Positions 40,949 through 49,696 of a DNA stretch of 64,000 nucleotides are shown in pieces. Below the pieces are notes generated by a model, which saw only the letters and a list, made by a program, of their open reading frames with translations, searched no databases and was not told the DNA's origin. The number at the start of each line of letters is the position of its first letter. Positions within the stretch are counted from its first letter, which is position 1. The stretch is taken from assembly GCA_963793425.1 (NCBI GenBank), contig CAWCAG010000005.1:96001-160000 (forward strand), read 5' to 3'. Position numbers and translations under genes: made by a program. The DNA is from an uncultured cyanobacterium (GTDB lineage Bacteria; Cyanobacteriota; Cyanobacteriia; Cyanobacteriales; CAWCAG01).

Positions 40949-42970
40949 ATGTCTCAAAGTAGTGCTAAAGCTAAAGCTTCCTCCTGGCAACCGACTACTC
41001 ACGTCGCAGATAAAAATAGTTTTACTAGCCAACCTTTTCCTGTTAAAGCTAAAAATGACCAAGAAACAAAAGCTGACCATAACATGGAGGGCTACAAAGA
41101 GCCTCAACCAGGTGCGATAGTAAACAATATCAACCATTCACTCAAGTCAGGCTCTGCTCCTAGCGGTGAACCTTCACCTTCAACAGGTAGAGGAAGTATT
41201 CAAGCAAAACTGACTATAGGGGAACCAGGAGATAAATATGAACAGGAAGCAGATAGCGTTGCCGCAGAGGTAGTACAAAGACTAAGCAACCCAGCTTCTC
41301 ATGCTCCTAGTTTTGAGGGAGGGAGTAGCCAGATACAAAGGCAATCAGCAATACCGATACTTCCACAAAAGCGAGAATCTACAGCACCAATGCCGTTGGA
41401 CATGGCTGAAACTATCGGGCAAAGTAATAGTGAGTTTCAACAACCACTTAGGCGCAAAGGGGAAGCAAATGTAGTAGAGCCTCAAGAAGATTTGGAATCT
41501 TCGTTAAATCAAGCTAAAGGGGGAGGAAAAGCTTTAGATGACAGCTTTCGTGCCAAGGTTGAACCCATCATGGGAGCCGATTTTAGCGGAGTAAACATTC
41601 ACACTGATAGTCGCTCAGACCAACTGAATCGCTCGATCCAAGCCAAGGCATTTGCCACAGGTCAAGATGTATTCTTTCGGCAGGGAGAATATCAGCCTGG
41701 GACTAAGAGTGGACAGGAGTTGATTGCTCATGAGTTGACTCATGTGGTACAGCAGTCAACGTCTGCTCCTACTGCTATCCAAAGAAAACCTGAAGATGCG
41801 GTCAAGAAAGCAAATACAATTGGACAGGACAAAGTTAACCAAATTAAGAAAGAATGGGAAACGTATCGAAGTAAATTAACAAGCTATAAAGATAATGAAA
41901 AAAACAAACAAGAGTATGACGAGGCTGTCAAAGAGTGGCGCAAAGATCAGACTAAACAAAGACCCAAAGCTAAAGAATACGAGTACAGTTCGCTCCTCAA
42001 AAAACCTAAGAAGCCAAAAGGTTTAAAACTTAAGGAGTTTGCAAAATATGAAGCTTATGAAGAGTTTCAGAAAGATAAAACATCAAGGAGAGGACTATAC
42101 ACCAAAGAAGATCAAGTCTTGATTGACCGTTTGGCAGAATTAGATACAGACTATATTAATGAAGGAAAAAATGAGCCAATTTTTACATTTCCAGAGGTAG
42201 GGCTTATTGAGACAGAAAACGGAGAGAAAATTGAGCCGAAAGAATTATTATTAAATATAGAGAAAGTTGGGAAAATACAAATACTACTTTTTGAAACAGT
42301 AAATAAAGAGAGTGAAGATAACGTCTTAGCCTGGATGTCTCACGGAATTTGGCTTAGGGACAAGCCCAAGGTTGATTTGAATAAACAAGAAGAAGATCCA
42401 AACGATAAGATGGGACTTAGTTTTGCTGTCAAAGGTGGGGAAAATCTCTCATTTGTGGATCCAGATAAGGTAGCAGAAAATGCTGGTAAATCATTTGGGA
42501 AGTTCAAAGATAAAGTAAATGAAGACAAAGAAACCGACAAAGAAAATCCCTACAAAACCCCTCAAGTACCTAACATGGTATTAGGCGCTCATGAGGAATG
42601 GCTTGGCAAAGAATATGAACAAAGAGCTAGCAAAATAGTTAAAAAAGTAATTGATATTGGCTCTGTCGCTGTTCTAGCTAGCTTCGAAGCATCAGAAGAC
42701 TACAAGAGTACTGTTTCTGAGGCAACTAGTGGCGTATTTAAAAACTACATACTGATAGATGATCTTCTCGAAATTCTTAAAGGGGATGACAAACTAAAGC
42801 AATACAAAAATCTCTATATGTTGACCTGTAGAACGGATATAATAGGCAAAAAACAAAGTAAAGACAATTCAGACCCAGAGAAAATTACCGCACGAGAATC
42901 TCCAGGTTATCCAGAGCCTATTAGCCCAAACCAGCTAGACTATACACATGATAATGATAATAAAAACTAA
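40949..42970 (+). CDS. DUF4157 (eCIS core domain) protein with a variable C-terminal extension
   Basis: IQAKLTIGEPGDKYEQEADSVA, GADFSGVNIHTD, AKAFATGQDVFF, LIAHELTHVVQQ (HExxH) and IQR, followed by about 390 aa of Lys/Glu-rich sequence. Confidence 0.9.
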   Translation: MSQSSAKAKASSWQPTTHVADKNSFTSQPFPVKAKNDQETKADHNMEGYKEPQPGAIVNNINHSLKSGSAPSGEPSPSTGRGSIQAKLTIGEPGDKYEQEADSVAAEVVQRLSNPASHAPSFEGGSSQIQRQSAIPILPQKRESTAPMPLDMAETIGQSNSEFQQPLRRKGEANVVEPQEDLESSLNQAKGGGKALDDSFRAKVEPIMGADFSGVNIHTDSRSDQLNRSIQAKAFATGQDVFFRQGEYQPGTKSGQELIAHELTHVVQQSTSAPTAIQRKPEDAVKKANTIGQDKVNQIKKEWETYRSKLTSYKDNEKNKQEYDEAVKEWRKDQTKQRPKAKEYEYSSLLKKPKKPKGLKLKEFAKYEAYEEFQKDKTSRRGLYTKEDQVLIDRLAELDTDYINEGKNEPIFTFPEVGLIETENGEKIEPKELLLNIEKVGKIQILLFETVNKESEDNVLAWMSHGIWLRDKPKVDLNKQEEDPNDKMGLSFAVKGGENLSFVDPDKVAENAGKSFGKFKDKVNEDKETDKENPYKTPQVPNMVLGAHEEWLGKEYEQRASKIVKKVIDIGSVAVLASFEASEDYKSTVSEATSGVFKNYILIDDLLEILKGDDKLKQYKNLYMLTCRTDIIGKKQSKDNSDPEKITARESPGYPEPISPNQLDYTHDNDNKN

Positions 42971-43026
42971 AGAACTTACTTCAACAATATGAGAAATAGT
43001 CATCATTTTGTGTCACGTAGCTATAT

Positions 43027-43292
43027 CCTAAGTACAGGACAAAAGTTGTAAAGAGCGGCGAAACTCAGGGTAGTTTGCAGAACAAGGATTGAGAATAAGA
43101 TGGGCATTGCGTGGTCTAAACCAAGGCGAAAAATACTCTTGGCACGACGACCACGTTTTTTGAGGAGAATGGGATGAAATCGATGAAGCAACAGACCAGT
43201 TTTAAAAGACCAGCACAAAGCTAAAGTCACGCACAGCAAAGAGCTTGTGTAACCGTTCAGGGTCAAGAAGGTGGGTAGATTCAAGACGAAAC
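43027..43292 (-). mobile_element. IS4-family transposase 3' fragment with terminal repeat (frameshifted)
   Basis: Across a frameshift: FRLESTHLLDPERLHKLF / VTLALCWSFKTG...KKRGRRAKSIFRLGLDH. Ends in TTGTCCTGTACTTAG (LSCT-stop). Confidence 0.85.
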
Positions 43293-43486
43293 TTTCTGCG
43301 GGTCATGAAACCGTTGCGACTACGCTAGCTTGGACTTGGTATCTTTTAGGACCTCATCCTGAAGTCGGGGCAGGACAACATCTTTGTATTGGTAAAAGCT
43401 TTGCTGTGACCGAAGCAACAATTATTCTCGCTGCGATCGCTCAACGTTTTCAAATAGAGTTAGTTCCTCAACCAAGAGTTGAAGCC
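43292..43486 (+). pseudogene. Cytochrome P450 fragments joined by an internal deletion
   Basis: I-helix AGHETVATTLAWTWYLL..HPEV is fused directly to the heme-ligand motif GAGQHLCIGKSFA; ExxR and PERF are missing. Confidence 0.85.
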
Positions 43487-43888
43487 TATGCCCAACAGCA
43501 TTTAGCGGCTACTGAGCTAATTTTAAATTCATCAAAGTCTGCCAGGGACAAACTTAAGGACTATCTAATCAACCGCTTCCGGGCTGTACAAGAAGAACGA
43601 CTAGGAGGACTTCATGCTGCTGAATTAGCTAGGACTGTGATGTAGCTTAAACCACAGCTACAGCAAGAACAAGGCAAGTTGGTCAGAAACAATGTGTTAG
43701 GAATTTTACAAGAAGGTATACAAAAAAATGTCTTCCAGATTAATAATTTAGAGCAGGATCTCGAAGTGTTTTTATACTCAATCGGTTACTTTTTCCCCTT
43801 AGCTACGACGGAAAAGTACTACGAACCAGAAGAGGAAAAGCTTTGTTTAGTTATTGATTGGTTTATTCAGCAGTGGTGTTGCGAATAA
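43481..43888 (+). pseudogene. TetR-family regulator C-terminal domain remnant
   Basis: SARDKLKDYLINRF...ELARTVM*LKP...LGILQEGIQKNVFQI read in one frame with an internal TAG at 43643-43645; no HTH. Confidence 0.6.
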
Positions 43889-43978
43889 TGATCTTTGCTG
43901 CTGTCGCTAAGTTTCAAAACAGCTACAGAGCAATTAAGGTAAAATTTTAAATTAGATTTGCCAAGGAAGAATTAAGTA

Positions 43979-44950
43979 ATGACAACTGAAAGTAGTAGCG
44001 ATCGCAGTGCCAAAGCCCGCCAAATGTTAGGGATGAAAGGTGCTGCACCAGGAGAAAGTTCTATATGGAAAATTCGCTTGCAGTTGATGAAACCGATTAC
44101 CTGGATTCCTCTAATTTGGGGGGTGGTTTGTGGTGCGGCTTCTTCTGGGGGCTATAGCTGGACATTAGAAGATATTCTTAAAGCCGCTGCTTGTATGTTG
44201 CTTTCTGGACCATTAATGACAGGTTATACCCAAACCTTAAACGACTTCTACGACCGAGAAATTGATGCTATTAACGAGCCTTATCGCCCCATTCCTTCCG
44301 GGGTGATTTCTGTACCTCAAGTCATCAGCCAAATAATCATTCTCTTAGTTGCTGGCTTAGCTTTAGCCTATGGTTTAGATCGTTGGGCAAATCATGATTT
44401 TCCTATGGTTACTTGTTTAACCATTGGGGGAGCATTCCTTGCTTATATTTACTCTGCCCCACCATTAAAGTTGAAAAAAAATGGTTGGTTAGGTAACTAC
44501 GCTTTAGGGGCAAGTTATATCGCCTTACCTTGGTGGGCAGGTCATGCTTTATTTGGAGAGCTTAACTGGAAAATTGCCATCCTCACCCTCATTTATAGCC
44601 TAGCAGGATTGGGTATTGCCGTGGTTAATGATTTCAAGAGTGTGGAAGGGGACGAAGAGTTAGGTTTAAAATCTTTACCAGTCATGTTTGGCATCGGCAC
44701 AGCAGCCTGGATTTGCGTTTTAATGATTGATTTGTTCCAAGCAGGCATTGCTGGGTACTTAATCGCCATACACCAAAATCTCTATGCAGTGTTGCTAATA
44801 CTATTAATCATTCCCCAAATCACTTTCCAGGATATGTACTTCCTGCGCGATCCCCTCAAAAATGATGTTAAATACCAAGCCAGCGCTCAACCTTTCTTAG
44901 TTCTGGGAATGTTAGTAACAGGTTTAGCACTAGGTCACACCATTATTTAA
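43979..44950 (+). CDS. chlG: Chlorophyll synthase
   Basis: WKIRLQLMKPITWIP, NDFYDREIDAINEPYRPIPSG, NDFKSVEGD and NDVKYQASAQPF. Confidence 0.97.
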   Translation: MTTESSSDRSAKARQMLGMKGAAPGESSIWKIRLQLMKPITWIPLIWGVVCGAASSGGYSWTLEDILKAAACMLLSGPLMTGYTQTLNDFYDREIDAINEPYRPIPSGVISVPQVISQIIILLVAGLALAYGLDRWANHDFPMVTCLTIGGAFLAYIYSAPPLKLKKNGWLGNYALGASYIALPWWAGHALFGELNWKIAILTLIYSLAGLGIAVVNDFKSVEGDEELGLKSLPVMFGIGTAAWICVLMIDLFQAGIAGYLIAIHQNLYAVLLILLIIPQITFQDMYFLRDPLKNDVKYQASAQPFLVLGMLVTGLALGHTII

Positions 44951-45063
44951 GTCAAAAGTTAAAACCAATCCCTGATAGCAAGGGATAAGCTGTAAATCAA
45001 TAACTGATGCCTAACGGCAACGGCAAGCCGTACATTGATCATTGATAACTAATAATTGAATAT

Positions 45064-46008
45064 ATGTCTGGTAGCGAAGTTAAAGCGGATTTGTGGATTA
45101 AAGAATACATCACTCCTTGGGATGTTTATGAACATGGTGTTACGAAAATTCTGGCTTATCAGAAAACGGCCTATCAAGAAATGTATATTGTAGAAACTGG
45201 AGCTTATGGTAAAGCTTTAGTCTTAGATGGTAAATGGCAATCTTGTACTGGGGATGAATTTCTTTATCATGAAGCCTTAGTGCAGCCAGCAGCGATCGCC
45301 CACCAATCACCGAAAAAAGTTCTTGTCCTTGGTGGTGGAGAAGGGGCCACAGTAAGGGAGGTGTTGCGTTGGCAAAGTATTGAACGGGTATTAATGATTG
45401 ATATTGATGCTGAGGTGGTGTCAGCTTGTCAAGAACATTTACCGGAGATGCACCAAAATGCTTTAGATGATCCTAGAGTGGAATTACTCATTGCTGATGC
45501 CTTAGAAGTACTGGACAACACCGCAGAAAAATGGGATATCATCATCTCTGATCTTTCTGATCCCATTGAAGAAGGGCCTTCTTTCCAGCTATTCACCAAA
45601 GAATACTTCAGCAAAATTCAGCGAGTTTTGGCTCCCGGAGGTTACGCAGTCATTCAAGCAGGGCCAGTAGCCCCAGCAGAAATAACCCTCCATGCCCGCT
45701 TAGTACGTACCTTACAAGCCGTATTCCCCCACGTCCATTCCTACGCTTCCCACGTCCCCACCTATGCCTCTCCTTGGGGTTTTGCCCTCTGTTCAGAAAC
45801 GGAAATAGCAACTCGCCCTGATCCCGAAGCAGTCGATCAACTATTGCAAGAAAAAACTAAGGGAGGATTGCGCTTAATTGATGGCATAACCCTATTGGGA
45901 ATGCTCCAAACCCCAACTTATATTCGCCAGGCGATCGCCCAACAAACCCAAATTTATACCCTCAAAGAACCCCCTAAGTTTTTCGGTAAAGGAACTTTAC
46001 AAAGCTAA
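45064..46008 (+). CDS. speE: Spermidine synthase / polyamine aminopropyltransferase
   Basis: LVLDG, DEFLYHEALV, LVLGGGEG, IDID and IISDLSDP. Confidence 0.9.
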   Translation: MSGSEVKADLWIKEYITPWDVYEHGVTKILAYQKTAYQEMYIVETGAYGKALVLDGKWQSCTGDEFLYHEALVQPAAIAHQSPKKVLVLGGGEGATVREVLRWQSIERVLMIDIDAEVVSACQEHLPEMHQNALDDPRVELLIADALEVLDNTAEKWDIIISDLSDPIEEGPSFQLFTKEYFSKIQRVLAPGGYAVIQAGPVAPAEITLHARLVRTLQAVFPHVHSYASHVPTYASPWGFALCSETEIATRPDPEAVDQLLQEKTKGGLRLIDGITLLGMLQTPTYIRQAIAQQTQIYTLKEPPKFFGKGTLQS

Positions 46009-46020
46009 TTGGCGACAACT

Positions 46021-46140
46021 AACTAATAGTTGCTAATGGCTAAATACTCTATCTCCCCAGCTCCCTAGCTCCCCATTCCCCCAGCTCCCCAAGCAAAAAA
46101 GCACTCAAAGTAAAAAGTCTATACTTATAAAGGGAGTAAG
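46021..46140 (-). repeat. Dispersed composite repeat, copy 2 (inverted relative to 6149-6290)
   Basis: Reverse complement reads ttactccctttataagtatagactttttac...ttttttgcttggggagc...ccattagcaacta, matching copy 1. Confidence 0.65.
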
Positions 46141-46300
46141 CCCCCTACTGTTTTGCTGACGGGGGGTATAGAATTAAACACAATTATTGGTTTAGTAGTT
46201 ATATAGTGAAAGCTGCATCCCCAAAAATTGGATTTAGCTGATTTGGTCTGAAATTTATTTTGTCTACTACTTTTAACGCTCATTTTTGCCCTGGAAAAGC

Positions 46301-47494
46301 ATGAATATGTCCTTCAAGCAGCTATTTATTTATCTAGGTTTATTAGCCCTCGGCAGTGGTACAGGTTTCTTAGGTAGTTTCTATTTAATTTCTCAGGATT
46401 GGGAAAATAAGCAGTCTCCTGCTGTTATACCGGCCTCTTTACAATCTACATCTCTTCCTTCTGTTCCAACTTCTCAAGGTAACGTCAATTTTATTGCCGA
46501 TGCTGTCAAAAAAGTTGGCCCTGCGGTGGTTCGTATTGATTCTGCCCGCAGCTTTTCCTCGGAAAACATGAAACCCTTTGAACATCCTTTTTTCAAACGC
46601 TTCTTTGGTGAAGAAGGAGTTCCTGAATCCCGCCCCAGAGTGGAAAGGGGTACAGGTTCAGGATTTATTCTTAGTGATAATGGTCAGATTATTACCAATG
46701 CCCATGTGGTGGAAGGTTCGGATTTAGTTAAAGTGACTTTAAAGAATGGCCAAACCTATGAGGGTAAGGTGGTTGGTAGTGATCCTATGACTGATGTGGC
46801 TGTGGTTAAAATTAACCAAAAAAACTTACCCACAGTTAAAATAGGTCAAACCAAAGATTTAACTCCCGGAGAATGGGCGATCGCAATCGGTAATCCTTTG
46901 GGGCTGGATAATACCGTAACCGTAGGCATTGTTAGCGCTTTAGGTCGTTCTAGCGCCCAAGTGGGAGTTCCCCATAAAAGAGTTAGTTTTATTCAAACTG
47001 ATGCTGCTATTAACCCCGGCAACTCTGGTGGTCCTCTTGTCAATGCAGAAGGAGAAGTGATTGGTATTAATACAGCTATTCGGGCAGAAGCCCAGGGTTT
47101 AGGTTTCGCCATTCCCATCGAAACTGCCCAACGTATTGCCGAAGAGTTGTTTAGTAAAGGAGAAATTGCCCATCCTTACTTAGGCATTCAAATGGTCACT
47201 TTAGATCCAGAGGTTAAGGCAGAAATTAACCAAGATAGCGAACTTGGTTTACAAGTAGAAGAAGAACAAGGAGTTCTCATTGTTCGGGTTATTCCCGAAT
47301 CTCCGGCAGCCCAAGCTGGTTTCCAAGAAGGAGATGTTATTCGAGAGGTAGGACAAGAATCTGTGGCTACCGCAGCAGATGTTCAAACCCAGGTGGAAGC
47401 AAGCAAAATTGGTGAACTGTTGGAAGTTAAGGTAAAACGCCAAGGGGCTGTCAAGGCGATTAAGGTACGTCCGGGAGAGTTTCCTGTTGAGTAA
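46301..47494 (+). CDS. HhoA/HhoB/HtrA-family serine protease with a PDZ domain
   Basis: TNAHVV, DVAVV, INPGNSGGPL, one PDZ domain and an N-terminal anchor. 3' end overlaps ispD by 35 bp. Confidence 0.93.
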   Translation: MNMSFKQLFIYLGLLALGSGTGFLGSFYLISQDWENKQSPAVIPASLQSTSLPSVPTSQGNVNFIADAVKKVGPAVVRIDSARSFSSENMKPFEHPFFKRFFGEEGVPESRPRVERGTGSGFILSDNGQIITNAHVVEGSDLVKVTLKNGQTYEGKVVGSDPMTDVAVVKINQKNLPTVKIGQTKDLTPGEWAIAIGNPLGLDNTVTVGIVSALGRSSAQVGVPHKRVSFIQTDAAINPGNSGGPLVNAEGEVIGINTAIRAEAQGLGFAIPIETAQRIAEELFSKGEIAHPYLGIQMVTLDPEVKAEINQDSELGLQVEEEQGVLIVRVIPESPAAQAGFQEGDVIREVGQESVATAADVQTQVEASKIGELLEVKVKRQGAVKAIKVRPGEFPVE

Positions 47495-48170
47495 TGAGCC
47501 TTTGACGTAAAATAAATTCGGCGATCGCTAAATCTACAGGGGTAGTTACTTTAAGATTGGTTTCTTCCCCCTTGACAATTTGCACTGGTTTTTGACACTT
47601 TTCTAACAAAGCGGCATCATCGGTTACTTGCCAAGCTAATTTTCTGCCTCGTTGGTGGCATTCTTTCAATAGTTGTACTTCAAACCCTTGAGGTGTTTGG
47701 GCTGCCCAAAGCTTGCTCCGATCTGGAGTGCTTTGAATAAGTTGGTCAGCAACCACTTTGATTGTATCTTTAACAGGAACAGCCGCAATTAACCCCTGGC
47801 AACTAAGCAAAGCAGCGGCGCAACGGTTAAACAATTGTGGGGTTACTAAACATCTTGCCCCATCGTGAATCAAAACCCGTTTAGCTTCATCAGGTAGCTT
47901 TTGCAAACCATTGTAAACAGATTCTTGGCGAGTATTTCCCCCCGGAATCAGCATTACAGGTTTGGTTACATTAACCTCAGCAACAATAGCCTTAAAATCA
48001 GGAAAATCTTGGGGTTGACCAATAATACCAAGCCAACTAATTTCCTGGGCTTTTTCTGCTGCTAGCAACGTCCAGGCCAGTAAGGGTTTACCCAATAAAG
48101 TTAATAATAGTTTGTTGCGATCGCTGCCCATTCTACGACCCATTCCTGCGGCGGGAATTAATAAATACAT
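47460..48170 (-). CDS. ispD: 2-C-methyl-D-erythritol 4-phosphate cytidylyltransferase
   Basis: PAAGMGRRM, RQESV, IHDGARC, QTPQ, TDD and NLKVTTPVDL. Confidence 0.96.
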   Translation of the reverse strand: MYLLIPAAGMGRRMGSDRNKLLLTLLGKPLLAWTLLAAEKAQEISWLGIIGQPQDFPDFKAIVAEVNVTKPVMLIPGGNTRQESVYNGLQKLPDEAKRVLIHDGARCLVTPQLFNRCAAALLSCQGLIAAVPVKDTIKVVADQLIQSTPDRSKLWAAQTPQGFEVQLLKECHQRGRKLAWQVTDDAALLEKCQKPVQIVKGEETNLKVTTPVDLAIAEFILRQRLITQQETLPDVP

Positions 48171-48452
48171 AGTGAAAGTAGTAGCTTGTTGTTGCCTAAC
48201 AGCTTATCCCGCCTCGTCAACCTCAACAAGTTATATTAAACCCCAGGTACATTTGGTCTATTTGCATATTTCTACTAGTGGTCTGTCATTTTTGCTTTTG
48301 TGCGTTAACAATCTCTAAAACTCTTTTAGGACAAGGTATAAAAAAGCGAGTAACCCATATTATCGAGATTGACAGACTACTAGCCACTAGCCACTAGCGA
48401 TTAGCAAAAACCAAAATTTAGGCTGTACCTTATTAGACTAGGAATTACTGTT

Positions 48453-48785
48453 TTAACATGGTGCATAGTCAGCAATAAATTGTCTTTTAAAAGGGGACTT
48501 AAATGCCAAAACTATATCCTGTTTAGGAACTCCTGCTTCTACTAATTCGTTGGCTACTCCGATTTCTGTGCCATCACTCTGAATCCAAATTTTGTTATCT
48601 TTGATGTCAATGTGGATTAAGCTGCCATATTCTCTTTCTTGGTCGTACCAGCCTACCAACATTACTAAGTAATGATTGTGTTCAGAATCAAAGATTAGTT
48701 GCACTTCTGCTGCATCATCTTGTAGGTGAGTAGTACGTCTTTTTAATATTTCTTGGACTACTTTTTTATAGTTCAAAGTTTCCAT
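48453..48785 (-). CDS. xisI: XisI family protein
   Basis: HYLVMLVGW, LIHIDIKDNKIWIQSDGTEIGVANELVEAGVPKQDIVLAF. Confidence 0.92.
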   Translation of the reverse strand: METLNYKKVVQEILKRRTTHLQDDAAEVQLIFDSEHNHYLVMLVGWYDQEREYGSLIHIDIKDNKIWIQSDGTEIGVANELVEAGVPKQDIVLAFKSPFKRQFIADYAPC

Positions 48786-48990
48786 GAATATGTCTCCTGT
48801 TGCTACGCAGTTTTTTTCCTATTTCATCTATTATGTCTCGGTCTTTTTGTTAATGAGTAATGAGCAATAACTCATGAGTTCATGACTGTTATCAATCATG
48901 TTTTTATAAATTAACTTATTTCGTCTCTAAAGCAATTTAAAGTAATGTTCAAAGTTATTGTTTCAAGGGATCTACAATTAAAAAACAAAT

Positions 48991-49299
48991 ATGTATTCAA
49001 TTGAATATACTGAAGAAGCGTTGACAGATTTGGAGTATTTTCGTAAATCAGAACGTCAACTGATTCTCGATCAAGTAGATGGTCAACTTACTTATGAACC
49101 AAATGTTGAAACCAATAATCGTAAACGTCTCCGCCCTAATCAGGTTGCAGAATGGGAATTACGTATTGGTAAGTATAGGGTGTTTTATGATGTTACTACT
49201 CAAGTAAATACAGAAGTTGTCAAAATTGTTAAGGTTGAGGCTGTAGGATTTAAGGAACACAATCAATTATTTATTAGGGGAAAGGAGTTTAAGTTGTGA
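48991..49299 (+). CDS. RelE/ParE-family toxin
   Basis: YSIEYTEEALTDL...RKRLRP...WELRIGKYRVFYDV. Confidence 0.88.
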   Translation: MYSIEYTEEALTDLEYFRKSERQLILDQVDGQLTYEPNVETNNRKRLRPNQVAEWELRIGKYRVFYDVTTQVNTEVVKIVKVEAVGFKEHNQLFIRGKEFKL

Positions 49300-49541
49300 A
49301 AGTGATTAATATTTCCATTGATTCAACTTTCCTTAGCAACCTTCTTAAGGAAGCGATGAAGGAGAATATTATTTTGCGGACTGCTGAGGGTAGAGAATTT
49401 ATTCTGGCGGAGATTAATGATTTTGATAGGGAGATTGAATTAAGTCGGCAAAATCAAGATTTGATGGCGTTTTTAGAGCAACGGGGGCGAGAAACAAAGA
49501 CTGTTTCAGCCCAGGAAGCGAGACGGAGGTTAGGTTTGTAG
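49296..49541 (+). CDS. Putative cognate antitoxin (Phd-like, no HTH)
   Basis: GTGA overlap with the toxin stop; LSNLLKEAMKENIILRT..GREFIL...DFDREI...VSAQEARRRLGL. Confidence 0.75.
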   Translation: MKVINISIDSTFLSNLLKEAMKENIILRTAEGREFILAEINDFDREIELSRQNQDLMAFLEQRGRETKTVSAQEARRRLGL

Positions 49542-49696
49542 AGGAATTAGACGGAAGTTTCTTTTTCTAGGTACAGTGTTGTTAGAAAATGAATAAGTAA
49601 TTTCTCTTACGTGTATATGCTATTTTAAATGAGGAATAGCAATAATATTTTTCGTGGGTGCGTTGTGGTTAGGAGTAAATTTATTTGTTTTAACCT

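Noticed and set aside
38957..42970. Complete contractile injection system or prophage
   Set aside because: No sheath, tube, baseplate, spike, capsid or integrase genes are present.
43271..43645. Functional P450-TetR fusion protein
   Set aside because: Most of the P450 fold and the TetR HTH are missing, the start lies in IS antisense sequence and the TetR part has an internal stop.
47460..47494. Convergent 3' overlaps (HtrA-family gene/ispD, 35 bp; also 29987-30000, 14 bp) as antisense regulation
   Set aside because: Short tail-to-tail overlaps are common and nothing else supports a function.
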